A DNA stretch of 64,000 nt from Caulobacteraceae bacterium (GCA_030446805.1 JAUJMO010000001.1:365385-429384), one strand, 5' to 3'. Shown: positions 37,818 through 47,702, counted from the stretch's first letter. Numbers and translations: made by a program. Notes: generated from the sequence alone by a model not told the origin.

Positions 37818-39325
37818 TAACCCGTACCTCCCGGCGCCTTCTGGCCGGCCTTGTTGGCGCGACCCTGGCCGGGTCGGCCGCCGCGCAGACGCCGGCAAGC
37901 TACGCCCAGCCCACGGCCGTACAGCGTACCGATCCCATGTTCGCCGAGGGCGAGGCGACCCTGGCGCGGCTGATGGCGCGCAAGACCCGGACCGGCCGGG
38001 CGAAGAACGTCATCCTGTTCATCGGCGACGGCATGGGGCCAAGCACGGTGACGGCGGGCCGCATCTACGAAGGCCAATCGCGAGGGGTGGACGGTGAATC
38101 CAACCTGCTGAGCTTTGAGCGGCTGCCGCATCTGGCGCTTCAAAAGACCTACAGCACCGACAGCCAGGTGGTGGACAGCGCCGCCAGCGCCTCGGCGATG
38201 ATGACCGGGGTCAAGACGCGCAACGGCGTGATGGGCCTGACGGGCGCGCCACGGAAAGGCGACTGCCTCGCCAGCCGCGGCGCGGAGGTGGCCACCCTGG
38301 CCGAGATCGCCCGGGCGGCGGGCAAATCCACCGGAGCGGTGACCACGGCGCGGTTGACCCATGCCACGCCCGCCGCGGTTTACGCCCATTCCGCGCACCG
38401 GGACTGGGAGGCGGATGCGGACCTCAGCCCTGAGGCTGTGGCCGCCGGTTGCCGCGACATCGCCCGCCAGCTGGTGGAAAGTCCGCCCGGGAGCCGGCTG
38501 AACCTGGCCATGGGAGGCGGCCGCGCGCGGTTTCTGCCTCAGGCCGGAGGCGGCCGACGCCGGGACGGGCGCGACCTGATCAAGGCTTGGCGAGCGGCGC
38601 CGCGCTCGACCTATGTGGCCGACGCCCTGCAGCTCAACGCGCTCCGCCCGGGCGCTCAGGACCACGTGCTGGGCCTGTTCGACGCCGACCACCTGCCTTA
38701 CGAGCTGGACCGGCCGGCGAGCGGCTCCACGGTTCCGACCCTGAGCCAGATGACGGCCAAGGCCATGGACCTCCTGTCCGCCGACCGGGACGGCTATTTC
38801 CTGATGGTGGAGGCCGGGCGGATCGACCACGCCTCCCACGCCAACAACGCCGCGCGCACTCTCTCGGAGACGGCGGAGCTGTCGCGGGCGGTGGCGACGG
38901 CGCTGAGCAAGGTGGACCTGGACGACACCCTGGTGATCGTAACGGCCGACCACAGCCACGGGCTGACGATCAGCGGTTATCCGCCTCGCAACAATCCCAT
39001 CCTGGGCCTGGCCACCGACGAGGACGGGCCGGGCACTGGCGACCGCAAGGCCTACACCACGCTGACCTTCGCCACCGGCCCGGGCGGAACCAGGGAGGGG
39101 CGCGACAACCCCGCGGACGACCACACGGCCGCCAAGTCTTATCAGCAGTCCGCGCTGGTTCCACTGAGCAGCGCGGCGCATGCGGGCGAGGACGTGGCCA
39201 TCTATGCCGACGGACCGCAGGCGCACCTGATCGACGGGGTGGTGGAGCAGTCCTACCTGTTCCACCTGATGCGGCACGCCCTGGGCCTGGGCAGGCCGGC
39301 GGCGGGAGCCCGCTCGTCGCGGTAG
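37814..39325 (+). CDS. Alkaline phosphatase (PhoA family), exported
   Basis: The signal contains SRRLLAG. It has the FIGDGMGPS motif and the catalytic Ser region VDSAASASAMMTG. TTG start overlaps the ctaA stop. Confidence 0.88.
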   Translation: MITRTSRRLLAGLVGATLAGSAAAQTPASYAQPTAVQRTDPMFAEGEATLARLMARKTRTGRAKNVILFIGDGMGPSTVTAGRIYEGQSRGVDGESNLLSFERLPHLALQKTYSTDSQVVDSAASASAMMTGVKTRNGVMGLTGAPRKGDCLASRGAEVATLAEIARAAGKSTGAVTTARLTHATPAAVYAHSAHRDWEADADLSPEAVAAGCRDIARQLVESPPGSRLNLAMGGGRARFLPQAGGGRRRDGRDLIKAWRAAPRSTYVADALQLNALRPGAQDHVLGLFDADHLPYELDRPASGSTVPTLSQMTAKAMDLLSADRDGYFLMVEAGRIDHASHANNAARTLSETAELSRAVATALSKVDLDDTLVIVTADHSHGLTISGYPPRNNPILGLATDEDGPGTGDRKAYTTLTFATGPGGTREGRDNPADDHTAAKSYQQSALVPLSSAAHAGEDVAIYADGPQAHLIDGVVEQSYLFHLMRHALGLGRPAAGARSSR

Positions 39326-39379
39326 CTGGCTACCAGGCAAGAAAAGTTGCGGCGGAGCGGCGCTTTAGCAGGGTCCGTG

Positions 39380-39406
39380 TTGACGGGCGGGCAGGGGGGC
39401 TGTATC
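39380..39406 (+). promoter_or_regulatory. Putative housekeeping (sigma73/sigma70-type) promoter of rplM-rpsI
   Basis: TTGACGG (39380-39386), a 12-nt spacer, then GCTGTATC (39399-39406). This has one mismatch to the Caulobacter-type consensus TTGACGS-N10-14-GCTANAWC. It lies about 53 nt upstream of the rplM ATG. Confidence 0.45.
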
Positions 39407-39458
39407 CCGCCCGCTCTCCCGCGCCCACCGTTCGTGGTCGTGCCCTAGGATCATCCCC

Positions 39459-39932
39459 ATGCAGAAGACCACGGTCTCCCTGAAGCCGGCCGATGTCGAG
39501 AAGAAGTGGATCGTGATCGACGCGCAGGACGCCGTCGTGGGTCGCCTCGCCTCGTTCATCGCCATGCGGCTTCGCGGCAAGCATCGCCCCGACTACACGC
39601 CCCACGTGGACTGCGGCGACCATGTCGTGGTTGTCAACGCCGAGAAGGTTCGCTTCACCGGCAAGAAGATGACCGACAAGGACTATTTCCGTCACACCGG
39701 CCACCCGGGCGGGATCAAGCACACCACGCCGCAACGCGTGCTGAACGGCCGCTTCCCGGAGCGCGTCCTGGAAAAGGCCGTGGAGCGTATGCTGCCCAAG
39801 GAAAGCCCCCTGGCGCGCCAGCAGATGACCCACCTGCGGATCTTCGCCGGTCCCGAACATGCGCACGCCGCGCAAAGCCCCGAGCCGGTCGCCTTCGCCG
39901 AGCTCAACGCCAAGAACGTCCGGAGCGCCTGA
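39459..39932 (+). CDS. rplM: 50S ribosomal protein L13
   Basis: The N-terminus ([18 protein letters not shown]) and length are typical of L13. Confidence 0.95.
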   Translation: MQKTTVSLKPADVEKKWIVIDAQDAVVGRLASFIAMRLRGKHRPDYTPHVDCGDHVVVVNAEKVRFTGKKMTDKDYFRHTGHPGGIKHTTPQRVLNGRFPERVLEKAVERMLPKESPLARQQMTHLRIFAGPEHAHAAQSPEPVAFAELNAKNVRSA

Positions 39933-39934
39933 GC

Positions 39935-40441
39935 ATGACCGACACCTCTTCTTCCGGGCCCTCCGCCTCCGGCTTCGACTCCCTGCGTGAGCTGACCGGC
40001 GCGCCGATGACGGCCGCCGACCTGCCGGTCGTGCGTGAGCCCAAGATCGACTCCCAGGGCCGTTCCTACGCCACCGGCAAGCGCAAAAACGCCATCGCCC
40101 GCGTGTGGATCAAGCCGGGCACCGGCCGGATCACCATCAACGGCCGCGACCAGCAGGTCTACTTCGCCCGTCCCGTGCTGCGGATGATGATCGCCCAGCC
40201 CCTGGAGGTCACCAACCGCACAGGTCAGTTCGATGTGATCGTCTCGGTGGAGGGCTCCGGTCTTTCCGGTCAGGCGGGCGCGGTGCGTCACGGCCTTTCC
40301 AAGGCCCTGACCTACTATGAGCCCGGCCTGCGCGCCGCCTTGAAGCCGCATGGCTTCCTGACGCGCGACCCCCGCGTGGTCGAGCGCAAGAAGTACGGCA
40401 AGGCCAAGGCCCGCCGTTCCTTCCAATTCTCCAAGCGCTGA
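39935..40441 (+). CDS. rpsI: 30S ribosomal protein S9
   Basis: ATG 39935 lies within ORF 39506..40441. Motifs are [11 protein letters not shown] and the C-terminal [17 protein letters not shown]. Confidence 0.95.
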   Translation: MTDTSSSGPSASGFDSLRELTGAPMTAADLPVVREPKIDSQGRSYATGKRKNAIARVWIKPGTGRITINGRDQQVYFARPVLRMMIAQPLEVTNRTGQFDVIVSVEGSGLSGQAGAVRHGLSKALTYYEPGLRAALKPHGFLTRDPRVVERKKYGKAKARRSFQFSKR

Positions 40442-40465
40442 GCTTCAGCCCCGTTCGATGCGGCG

Positions 40466-40497
40466 AAAGGCGCACCCCGCCCAGGGTGCGCCTTTTT
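40466..40497 (+). terminator. Rho-independent terminator of rplM-rpsI
   Basis: A 12-bp perfect stem pairs AAAGGCGCACCC with GGGTGCGCCTTT, with a 6-nt loop and a T-run (TTTTT). Confidence 0.75.
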
Positions 40498-40514
40498 CGT
40501 CAGCCCCCCATCTT

Positions 40515-41036
40515 ATGGGTATGACACAGATCCCCGCGCCCGACCGTCGTCTGTTCCTGGCCGGAGCTGCAGCCTCCGCCTTCGCCCTGGCGGCCTGCGG
40601 AGCCGAGGCGAAGCCGAACGCCGCGGAGCTGGCTTTCGCCAAATCGCCTTATCGCAAACTCACCGACGCGGAGTGGCGCAAGCGGTTGTCGCCCGCCGCG
40701 TTCGACGTGCTGCGCAAGGAAGGAACGGAACGGGCCGGCTCCAGTCCGCTGGACCGTGAGAAGCGGCGCGGAACCTTCGTCTGCGCGGGCTGTTCGCTGC
40801 CGCTCTTCAAGTCGGAAGCGAAGTTCGACTCCGGCACCGGATGGCCCAGCTTCGTCACCTCCATCAAGGGCTCGACCGGGACCAAGCGCGACCTGGTGCT
40901 GTTGATCCCGCGCACCGAATACCACTGCGCCCGCTGCCTGGGCCACCAGGGCCACATCTTCGACGACGGCCCCGCCAATCGCGGCGGCAAGCGCTGGTGC
41001 AACAACGGCGTCGCGCTGAAGTTCATTCCCGCCTAG
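40515..41036 (+). CDS. msrB: Peptide-methionine (R)-S-oxide reductase MsrB, exported (Tat-like signal)
   Basis: The signal contains PDRRLFLAGAAASAFALAAC. It has the Zn Cys pairs CAGC/CARC, GHIFDDGP, and the catalytic Cys in RWCNNG. The start is ATG 40515 or 40521. Confidence 0.85.
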   Translation: MGMTQIPAPDRRLFLAGAAASAFALAACGAEAKPNAAELAFAKSPYRKLTDAEWRKRLSPAAFDVLRKEGTERAGSSPLDREKRRGTFVCAGCSLPLFKSEAKFDSGTGWPSFVTSIKGSTGTKRDLVLLIPRTEYHCARCLGHQGHIFDDGPANRGGKRWCNNGVALKFIPA

Positions 41037-41476
41037 TGATGCCTCGCCTTGCGGCAGGTGCGGACAAAGCGGGCGATCACAGCTCTTTCAGCCGCAGTTC
41101 TGGCTGGCATGGGACCCGACTCTTGTGTTCGAAGATCGCGTCCGGACGCGAACGCGCGGAGCAGCCGATGATCCGCGGGCAGCTGGGCGGATACGGTGTA
41201 GCCCTCGAAGATCTCTCCGTCATACTCCGAGGACGCGGGGACCACCGCGTTCAATCCGCCCGACGAGAGTTGGAGCTTGCTCAGCGGTCGCGGCGCATTC
41301 GCCATCACGACGATGGACCCGCTTCGCGCGGTGCAAGTCATGGCGAAATCCGCCTCTGACTCCGGCGGCCCGTAGATGAGCATGTGCGAGCCGTCACGAG
41401 GCTCCACTCGAGCTATCCATCGATCGCTATCGTCCGCGCCCATCAGGAGCACCGCCAAGACGATAGCTGGCCACAT
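41033..41476 (-). CDS. Hypothetical exported protein (147 aa) translationally coupled to phaC
   Basis: ATG 41476 lies within ORF 41033..41638 and shares one nt with the phaC TGA (TGATG). It has an N-terminal hydrophobic segment (MWPAIVLAVLLMGA). I recognise no family. Confidence 0.45.
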   Translation of the reverse strand: MWPAIVLAVLLMGADDSDRWIARVEPRDGSHMLIYGPPESEADFAMTCTARSGSIVVMANAPRPLSKLQLSSGGLNAVVPASSEYDGEIFEGYTVSAQLPADHRLLRAFASGRDLRTQESGPMPARTAAERAVIARFVRTCRKARHH

Positions 41477-43353
41477 CAGCTCCGGACCGTCACATACTCG
41501 CCCGGAGCGTCGCCCAGCACCTCCAACGGGCCGGCGGCCGGGTCGCGCGCGGGCGCCTGCCCGCCCGACTGCGGCTTGAGCCAGTCCATCCAGCGGGGCC
41601 ACCAGCTTCCGGGGAATTCGTCGGCGTTGGCGCGCCAAGCCTCGACGGTGTCGGGGAGGTGCTCGTCGCGGTGGATCCAGTGCTGGTATTTCTGGGCGCC
41701 CGGCGGATTGACCACGCCGGCGATGTGGCCGCTGCCGGCCAGCATGAAGGTGACCGGGCCGCCGAACAGGCGCAGGCCTCGGTAGACCGAGCGGTAGGGG
41801 GCGATGTGGTCGGCCTCCGCGGCCTGGGCGAAGACGGGGACGGTCACGTCGCCTAGGCTCAGCCGGCGGCCCGCGAGCTCCAGCTCGCCTTTAGCCAGGC
41901 GGTTCCTGCGGTAGAAGTTCTCCAGGTAGAACAGGTGCAGGGCCTTGGGCATGCGGGTCTGGTCGGAGTTCCAGAACAGCAGATCGAAGGCGGTCGGCGC
42001 CTTGCCCATCAGGTAGTTGTTCACAAAGGGCGACCAGATCAGGTCGTTGGCCCGCAGCATGTTGAAGGTGTCCGCCATGGCCATGCCGGGCAGCACGCCG
42101 CCCGCAGCGTCCATGCGGCTCTCGATGTCCGCCATCGCCGCGTCATTGGTGAACAGCAAGAGGTCGCCCGCCTCGCTGAAGTCCTGTTGGGCGGCGAAGA
42201 AGGTCACGGAGGCGACCGAGCCTTCGCCCTCCTGCGCCATGAGGGCCAGGGCCGTGGAGAGCATGGTGCCCCCGATGCAATAGCCTACCGCGTGGACCTG
42301 CTCCGTCGCGCACTGGCGCTTGACCTGGGCGATCGCCTCGAAGGCGCCTTCCCGGACATAGTCCTCGAAGGTGACGTCCTTCAGCTCCGGACCTGGGTTG
42401 ACCCAGGCCGTGACAAAGACCGTGAAGCCCTGGCCGGTGAGCCAGCGGATCATCGAGTTCTCCGGGCGGAGATCCAGGATGTAGTATTTGTTGATCCAAG
42501 GCGGGAAGATGAGGAGGGGAACCTCATGCACCGTCTCAGTCGTGGGACTGAACTGCAGGAGTTCAAACAGGCGGTTGCGATAGACGACCTTGCCGGGGGC
42601 GGTGGCGACGTCGACGCCCACCTCGAACCGGTCCACGTCGGTCAGGCTGATCGCCAATTGACCGCCGCCGCGCTCCATGTCGCGCGCGAACTGTTCGGCG
42701 CCGCGCACAAGGCTTTGCCCCTTGCTCTCCAGGGCCGCTTTGAGCGCTGTGGGGTTGGAGAGAAGGAAGTTGGAAGGCGAGAAGGCGTCCGTCAGCATCT
42801 TGGTGAAGAATTCGACGCGGCGCTTGGCCTCGGGGTCCACGTCCTCCACGCCGCCCACCAAGGCGTTCATCCAGCCGGAAGTGAGCAGGTAGGACTGCTT
42901 GAGGATGTCGAAGACGGGGTTGGCGCTCCAGTCCGGGTCCCTGAATCGCTTGTCCAACTTGTCGGGGGAGGCGACCGGGTCGGTGCGTTCCCCCAGGGCG
43001 CGCAGAGTGGCGCTGCTCCACAGGTCCATATAACCCGCGAAGAGCTCGGCCTGGGCCCGCATCAGCCGGTCGGGATGGGAGGCCAGCCCGCCCATGACCT
43101 CGACCATGGCGGAGCCCACGCCCATGGGGTCGGTGTTCAGCTTCAGAGCCTGTCCCGGCTGGCGCGAGACGGCCTGCAGCATGGCGCTCTGGGCGGTGAA
43201 GGCTGCCCGGGCGAGGTTCTGCGACAGCTGCTCCATGGCTTCGCGCTGTTCGGAGCCGAAGGGCGGGGCGCCGGATGCGCCGCTCTGGGCGGCCCCGGGG
43301 TCGATCTCTGCAGCCACCTTGCTCTCCCTCGCACTTTGAACCTGTTGCATCAT
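41476..43353 (-). CDS. phaC: Class I poly(R)-hydroxyalkanoate synthase
   Basis: 625 aa, with the lipase-box GYCIGGT and an alpha/beta-hydrolase core with a PhaC N-terminal domain. Confidence 0.92.
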   Translation of the reverse strand: MMQQVQSARESKVAAEIDPGAAQSGASGAPPFGSEQREAMEQLSQNLARAAFTAQSAMLQAVSRQPGQALKLNTDPMGVGSAMVEVMGGLASHPDRLMRAQAELFAGYMDLWSSATLRALGERTDPVASPDKLDKRFRDPDWSANPVFDILKQSYLLTSGWMNALVGGVEDVDPEAKRRVEFFTKMLTDAFSPSNFLLSNPTALKAALESKGQSLVRGAEQFARDMERGGGQLAISLTDVDRFEVGVDVATAPGKVVYRNRLFELLQFSPTTETVHEVPLLIFPPWINKYYILDLRPENSMIRWLTGQGFTVFVTAWVNPGPELKDVTFEDYVREGAFEAIAQVKRQCATEQVHAVGYCIGGTMLSTALALMAQEGEGSVASVTFFAAQQDFSEAGDLLLFTNDAAMADIESRMDAAGGVLPGMAMADTFNMLRANDLIWSPFVNNYLMGKAPTAFDLLFWNSDQTRMPKALHLFYLENFYRRNRLAKGELELAGRRLSLGDVTVPVFAQAAEADHIAPYRSVYRGLRLFGGPVTFMLAGSGHIAGVVNPPGAQKYQHWIHRDEHLPDTVEAWRANADEFPGSWWPRWMDWLKPQSGGQAPARDPAAGPLEVLGDAPGEYVTVRS

Positions 43354-43373
43354 GGCATAAGAGGGGGCCCGAC

Positions 43374-43814
43374 ATGAAGCCGTGCGCCCTCCTCCTGCTC
43401 ACCGCCTGCACGCTTGTGCTGGGGGCCTGCGCCAACGCCCTGCCGCCCCGGCGTGAGGCGGGCACGAACGCGCCCCTCCCGGAAGAGCTGACCCGGCGGC
43501 TGGAGACCGTGCGTCGTGAGCGCGCCGAATATCCGGACTTCCGCAACATCCCGCTGACGCCGACCGATGTCCGCAGGCCCGCGCAGTTCCGCCGGGCGGT
43601 GAACGGGGTCAAGGGCGCGGGGGCCGAGCTGCAGGCCTGGGCGGCCAACAATCCACCCCTGATCGCCGATGTGGAGGCCTTCGCGGCCGAAGCCCGTCGC
43701 CAACTGGGCATCGGCCCGGAGGACATCCCGCCGGCGAACACGGCCGCGGAGATCGAGGCGCTGGCGCGCGAGCTTCGCCGCAGGGCCGAGCCTCCGCCGC
43801 CGATACGCGATTGA
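43374..43814 (+). CDS. Hypothetical lipoprotein
   Basis: ATG 43374 lies within ORF 43275..43814 and is preceded by a GAGGGGG Shine-Dalgarno sequence. The lipobox is LVLGAC. No family is recognised. Confidence 0.5.
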   Translation: MKPCALLLLTACTLVLGACANALPPRREAGTNAPLPEELTRRLETVRRERAEYPDFRNIPLTPTDVRRPAQFRRAVNGVKGAGAELQAWAANNPPLIADVEAFAAEARRQLGIGPEDIPPANTAAEIEALARELRRRAEPPPPIRD

Positions 43815-43887
43815 CCGCTCTTGAGTCGCTTCGCCGCACGGCGGGGCGCACGGAATCACTTATCCTGCACCCGCCCTGGAGGCTTCC

Positions 43888-44850
43888 TTGCCCGACGTTT
43901 TCGACCGTGACCTGACGCTGGCCGCCGTTCGCGTGTGCGAGATGGCCGCCATCGCCTCCTTCAGCATGGTGGGCCGCGGCGACGAGAAACAGGCGGACCA
44001 GGCCGCCGTGGACGCCATGCGCAATGGCCTCAACGCGCTGGACATCTCCGGCCGCATCGTGATCGGCGAAGGCGAGCGCGACGAGGCGCCTATGCTCTAC
44101 ATCGGCGAAGAAGTCGGGCGCGGAAACGGGCCGCGGGTGGACATCGCCCTCGACCCCCTGGAGGGCACCACCCTGACCGCCAAGGCCATGCCGAACGCCC
44201 TGGCCGTGATGGCCTTCGCGCCGGAAGGCGGGATGCTGAACGCGCCGGACACCTATATGGACAAGATCGCCGTGGGGCCGGGCTACGCCGAAGGCGTGGT
44301 CGATCTGGACGCCTCGCCGGCCGATAATGTCCGCGCGCTGGCCAAGGCCAAGGGCGTGGACCCCCGCGAGATCACCGCTCTGGTGCTGGACCGGACGCGG
44401 CATGCCCCGATCATGGCCAGCCTGCGCGAAGTCGGCGCGCGCGTGATGCTTATAACGGACGGCGACGTCGCGGGCGTGATGAACACCGCCGATCCGTCCA
44501 CGGGGGTGGACATCTATCTGGGGCAGGGCGGAGCGCCGGAAGGGGTTCTCGCCTGCGCGGCGCTGAAATGCGTAGGCGGGCAATTCCAGGGGCGGCTGGT
44601 GTTCCGCAATGAAGACGAGCGGGAGCGGGCGCGTCGCTTCGGCGTGACGGAGTTCGACCGGAAGTACACGTTGAACGAGCTGGTGCGCTCGGAAGCCATC
44701 TTCGCCGCTACGGGCGTGACCAAGGGCGCCTTGCTGGACGGCGTGCGCTTTGAGCAGGGGCCGGGCGGGCGCTTCGTGCACACCCACACCATCGTCATGA
44801 ACTCGGCGCAGAAGACCGTTTCGGAGGTCCGGGCCAAGCGCCCGGCCTGA
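43888..44850 (+). CDS. glpX: Class II fructose-1,6-bisphosphatase
   Basis: It belongs to the GlpX family (VGRGDEKQADQAAVDAMR..., DPLEGTT). TTG start. Confidence 0.9.
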   Translation: MPDVFDRDLTLAAVRVCEMAAIASFSMVGRGDEKQADQAAVDAMRNGLNALDISGRIVIGEGERDEAPMLYIGEEVGRGNGPRVDIALDPLEGTTLTAKAMPNALAVMAFAPEGGMLNAPDTYMDKIAVGPGYAEGVVDLDASPADNVRALAKAKGVDPREITALVLDRTRHAPIMASLREVGARVMLITDGDVAGVMNTADPSTGVDIYLGQGGAPEGVLACAALKCVGGQFQGRLVFRNEDERERARRFGVTEFDRKYTLNELVRSEAIFAATGVTKGALLDGVRFEQGPGGRFVHTHTIVMNSAQKTVSEVRAKRPA

Positions 44851-46667
44851 TGCCCGACGACGGCGGTCATTCGGGGTTCGGCGCCCTCCTGGGTGTTGAA
44901 CGATCCCTGAGCGGCCGCAGTTGGCGGAACCGTCCCGCCGATGAAGCGGTGGTGCAGGCCCATCGGCGTCGGACGGGGTTGAGCGAACTGCTGGCGCGTG
45001 CGCTCGCCTCCCGCAGCATCGGCGAGGCGGAGGCCGCCGCCTTTCTCGAGCCCACGCTGAAGGCGCTGTTCCCCGATCCCTCCTGCTTCATGGACATGGA
45101 TCGCGCGGCCGAGATCCTGGTGGATGCGGTGCAGGCCGAGCGGCCCGCCGTGGTGTTCGCCGACTATGACGTGGACGGCGCGACCAGTGCGGCGCTCCTG
45201 GTGCGCTGGTTCCGGGCCATGGGCGCGGAGCTGGCCGTCTATGTGCCGGACCGTATGACGGAGGGCTATGGGCCGAGCCCGGCGGCGTTTCGGCGACTCA
45301 AGGCGGACGGGGCCGAGCTCGTGGTCACCGTGGACTGCGGGGCCGCCGCTCACGGGGCGCTGGAGGCCGCCGCCGAGCTCGGGCTGGAGGTGGTGGTTAT
45401 CGACCATCACCTGATGCGGGGCGACCCGCCCCCTGCGGCGGCGCTGGTCAATCCGAACCGCCCGGGCTGCGGCTCGGGGCAGGGGCATCTGGCGGCGGCG
45501 GGGGTGACCTTCGTGCTCCTGGCCGCGCTGAACCGCGAGGCGCGGCGGCGGGGCATGTTCACGGCGCGCAAGGAGCCGGATCTGAGGGCCTGGCTGGATC
45601 TGGCCGCGCTGGGGGCCGTGTGCGACGTGACGGCGCTCACGGGCTTCAACCGGGCGCTGGCCACCCAGGGGCTGCGGGTCATGTCGGGGTGGCGCAATCC
45701 GGGCTTGAACGCGCTCATGCGGGCGGCGGGGATCGCCATCGACGGCGGCGAGGTGCGCGCCGACGTGTTCCGAGCGGGCTTCGTGCTGGGACCTCGCATC
45801 AACGCGGGGGGGCGGATCGGCCGCTCGGACCTGGGCGCCCGCCTGCTCAGCACGGACGATCCGGAGGAGGCGCGCCTCCTGGCCGAGGAGCTGGACGCGC
45901 TGAACGTCTCCCGCAAGGAGGTCGAGCGCGCCGTCATGGAGGAGGCCGCGCGCCAAGTCGAACACGAGGCGGCCAGCGCGTCTCCCGTGCTGGTCGCGGC
46001 CGGCGAGGGGTGGCACCCGGGGGTGGTGGGGATCGTCGCCGGGCGCTTGCGTGAGCGGTTCCGCAAGCCGGTGGTGGTGATCGGGCTGGACCCGATCGCC
46101 GGCGTAGGCAAGGGGTCAGGGCGTTCGCAACCGGGCGTGAACCTGGGTCGGGCGATCCAGGCGGCTTTCGACGCCGGACTGCTGCTCGCGGGCGGCGGGC
46201 ACGCCATGGCCGCGGGGCTGACGCTCCGCCCGGACCAGCTGCAACCCTTCAGCGCCTTTTTGCACGACCGGCTCAGGGACGAGCAGGGGAGGGCGGCCCT
46301 GCAGGACGCGCTGGAGATCGATTCGGTGATCACCACGGGGGGTGCGCACCGCGACCTGTGGACCGAGCTGCAGCGCCTGGCGCCTTTCGGGCCGGGGAAC
46401 CCGGAGCCCGTCTTCGCGGCGGCCGATGTGCGCGTTGAACACGCTCAGGCGGTTCGCGGCGGCCATGTTCGCGCAACCCTGGCCGATTCGACGGGACGGC
46501 GGCTGCGGGCGGTGGCCTGGCGCTCGGAGGAGACGCCGGTGGGTCAGCGGCTGCTGGCGCGCGACGGCGGCCTGCACGTGGCGGGGCGGCTGAAGCCGGA
46601 CGATTGGCAGGGCCGCTCGGGCGTGGAGTTCGAGATCGAGGACGCGGCGGACCCCCGGCGAAGCTGA
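44850..46667 (+). CDS. recJ: Single-stranded-DNA-specific exonuclease RecJ
   Basis: DHH-family motifs are present (DYDVDGATS, VIDHH, GGGHAMAAG). 605 aa. Confidence 0.9.
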   Translation: MPDDGGHSGFGALLGVERSLSGRSWRNRPADEAVVQAHRRRTGLSELLARALASRSIGEAEAAAFLEPTLKALFPDPSCFMDMDRAAEILVDAVQAERPAVVFADYDVDGATSAALLVRWFRAMGAELAVYVPDRMTEGYGPSPAAFRRLKADGAELVVTVDCGAAAHGALEAAAELGLEVVVIDHHLMRGDPPPAAALVNPNRPGCGSGQGHLAAAGVTFVLLAALNREARRRGMFTARKEPDLRAWLDLAALGAVCDVTALTGFNRALATQGLRVMSGWRNPGLNALMRAAGIAIDGGEVRADVFRAGFVLGPRINAGGRIGRSDLGARLLSTDDPEEARLLAEELDALNVSRKEVERAVMEEAARQVEHEAASASPVLVAAGEGWHPGVVGIVAGRLRERFRKPVVVIGLDPIAGVGKGSGRSQPGVNLGRAIQAAFDAGLLLAGGGHAMAAGLTLRPDQLQPFSAFLHDRLRDEQGRAALQDALEIDSVITTGGAHRDLWTELQRLAPFGPGNPEPVFAAADVRVEHAQAVRGGHVRATLADSTGRRLRAVAWRSEETPVGQRLLARDGGLHVAGRLKPDDWQGRSGVEFEIEDAADPRRS

Positions 46668-46738
46668 GCGGGACAAAGCCTGCCCAAACGCTCTTGCGCC
46701 GCGAAATCCGCCCCGTTATACCGCCGCTCCGTCGCCGC

Positions 46739-46813
46739 GGTCCCTTCGTCTATCGGTTAGGACGTCAGATTTTCATTCTGAAAAGAGGGGTTCGACTCCC
46801 CTAGGGACTGCCA
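46739..46813 (+). tRNA. tRNA-Glu (anticodon TTC)
   Basis: Hand-folded: acceptor GGTCCCT/AGGGACT (G-U at 1:72), anticodon stem TCAGA/TCTGA with loop TTTTCAT, T-arm AGGGG-TTCGACT-CCCCT, and an encoded CCA. Confidence 0.88.
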
Positions 46814-46931
46814 CGACCGCCCTCACGCCCACGATTCGCATCCACGGCGATTTGGGGATGCAAGTTTCCCAAGACATGGTGTATAGCGCCAAAGCTTGAC
46901 GGCAGGCCATGCCGCCAGGTCCGAGGGGGCT

Positions 46932-47702
46932 ATGTCCGGTTACGACTACGATGGCGCGGGGGCGCGGGACGAAAGCGTCCAAATCAGCGGGCGAATCAAG
47001 TGGTTCGACCCCGGAAAGGGGTACGGCTTCATCGTTCCCGACGATCCCAGCAAGACCGGCATGAAGGACGTGCTGCTGCACGTGACCAGCCTGCGCGACT
47101 CGGGCCGCGACTCGGCGGCGGAAGGCGCCACCATCGTGTGCGAAGTGGCTCGGCGGCCCAAGGGCTTCCAGGTGATGAGCATCGTCCAGCTGGACGAATC
47201 AACCGCTTCGCCGATGTCCGAGCCCAAGCGGGACAACGGGTTCGGCGCGCGGCGCGCCTCCGACGGCTTTGGCCGCGAGCGCGGCGGTTTCGGCGGGGGC
47301 GGTTTCGGCGACCGTAGCGGCGGGTTCGGCGCGCGTCGGGATTCCGGGCGCGACGCGGGGCGTGACTCGGGGCGCGACAGCGGTGACCGCGGCGGCTTTG
47401 GCGCGCGTTCCGGCGGATTCGCCGGTCGCGACGGTGGTGACCGCACAGGCTTCGGCGCTCGGCCGCAGCGCCAGGCGGCGGCCACAGGTCCTCTGGAGCG
47501 GGTCAAGGTGAAGTGGTTCAACCGCACCAAGGGCTACGGCTTCGTCACCCGCGACGGATCGCCGGGCGATATCTTCATCCACATCGAAACTCTGCGTCGG
47601 TCGGGCATGGAGGACCTCCAGCCGGGCGAGGACATCATGGTCCGCTTCTCCGACGGGCCGAAGGGCCTGGTGGTGGCCGAGATCGACAGTTCGGGCCGCT
47701 GA
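46932..47702 (+). CDS. Double cold-shock-domain protein with Arg/Gly-rich linker
   Basis: ATG 46932 is preceded by a GAGGGGG Shine-Dalgarno sequence. The two CSDs are [14 protein letters not shown]... and [14 protein letters not shown].... They are separated by about 85 aa rich in G/R/D/S/F, with GFGAR occurring 4 times and [13 protein letters not shown]. Confidence 0.85.
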   Translation: MSGYDYDGAGARDESVQISGRIKWFDPGKGYGFIVPDDPSKTGMKDVLLHVTSLRDSGRDSAAEGATIVCEVARRPKGFQVMSIVQLDESTASPMSEPKRDNGFGARRASDGFGRERGGFGGGGFGDRSGGFGARRDSGRDAGRDSGRDSGDRGGFGARSGGFAGRDGGDRTGFGARPQRQAAATGPLERVKVKWFNRTKGYGFVTRDGSPGDIFIHIETLRRSGMEDLQPGEDIMVRFSDGPKGLVVAEIDSSGR

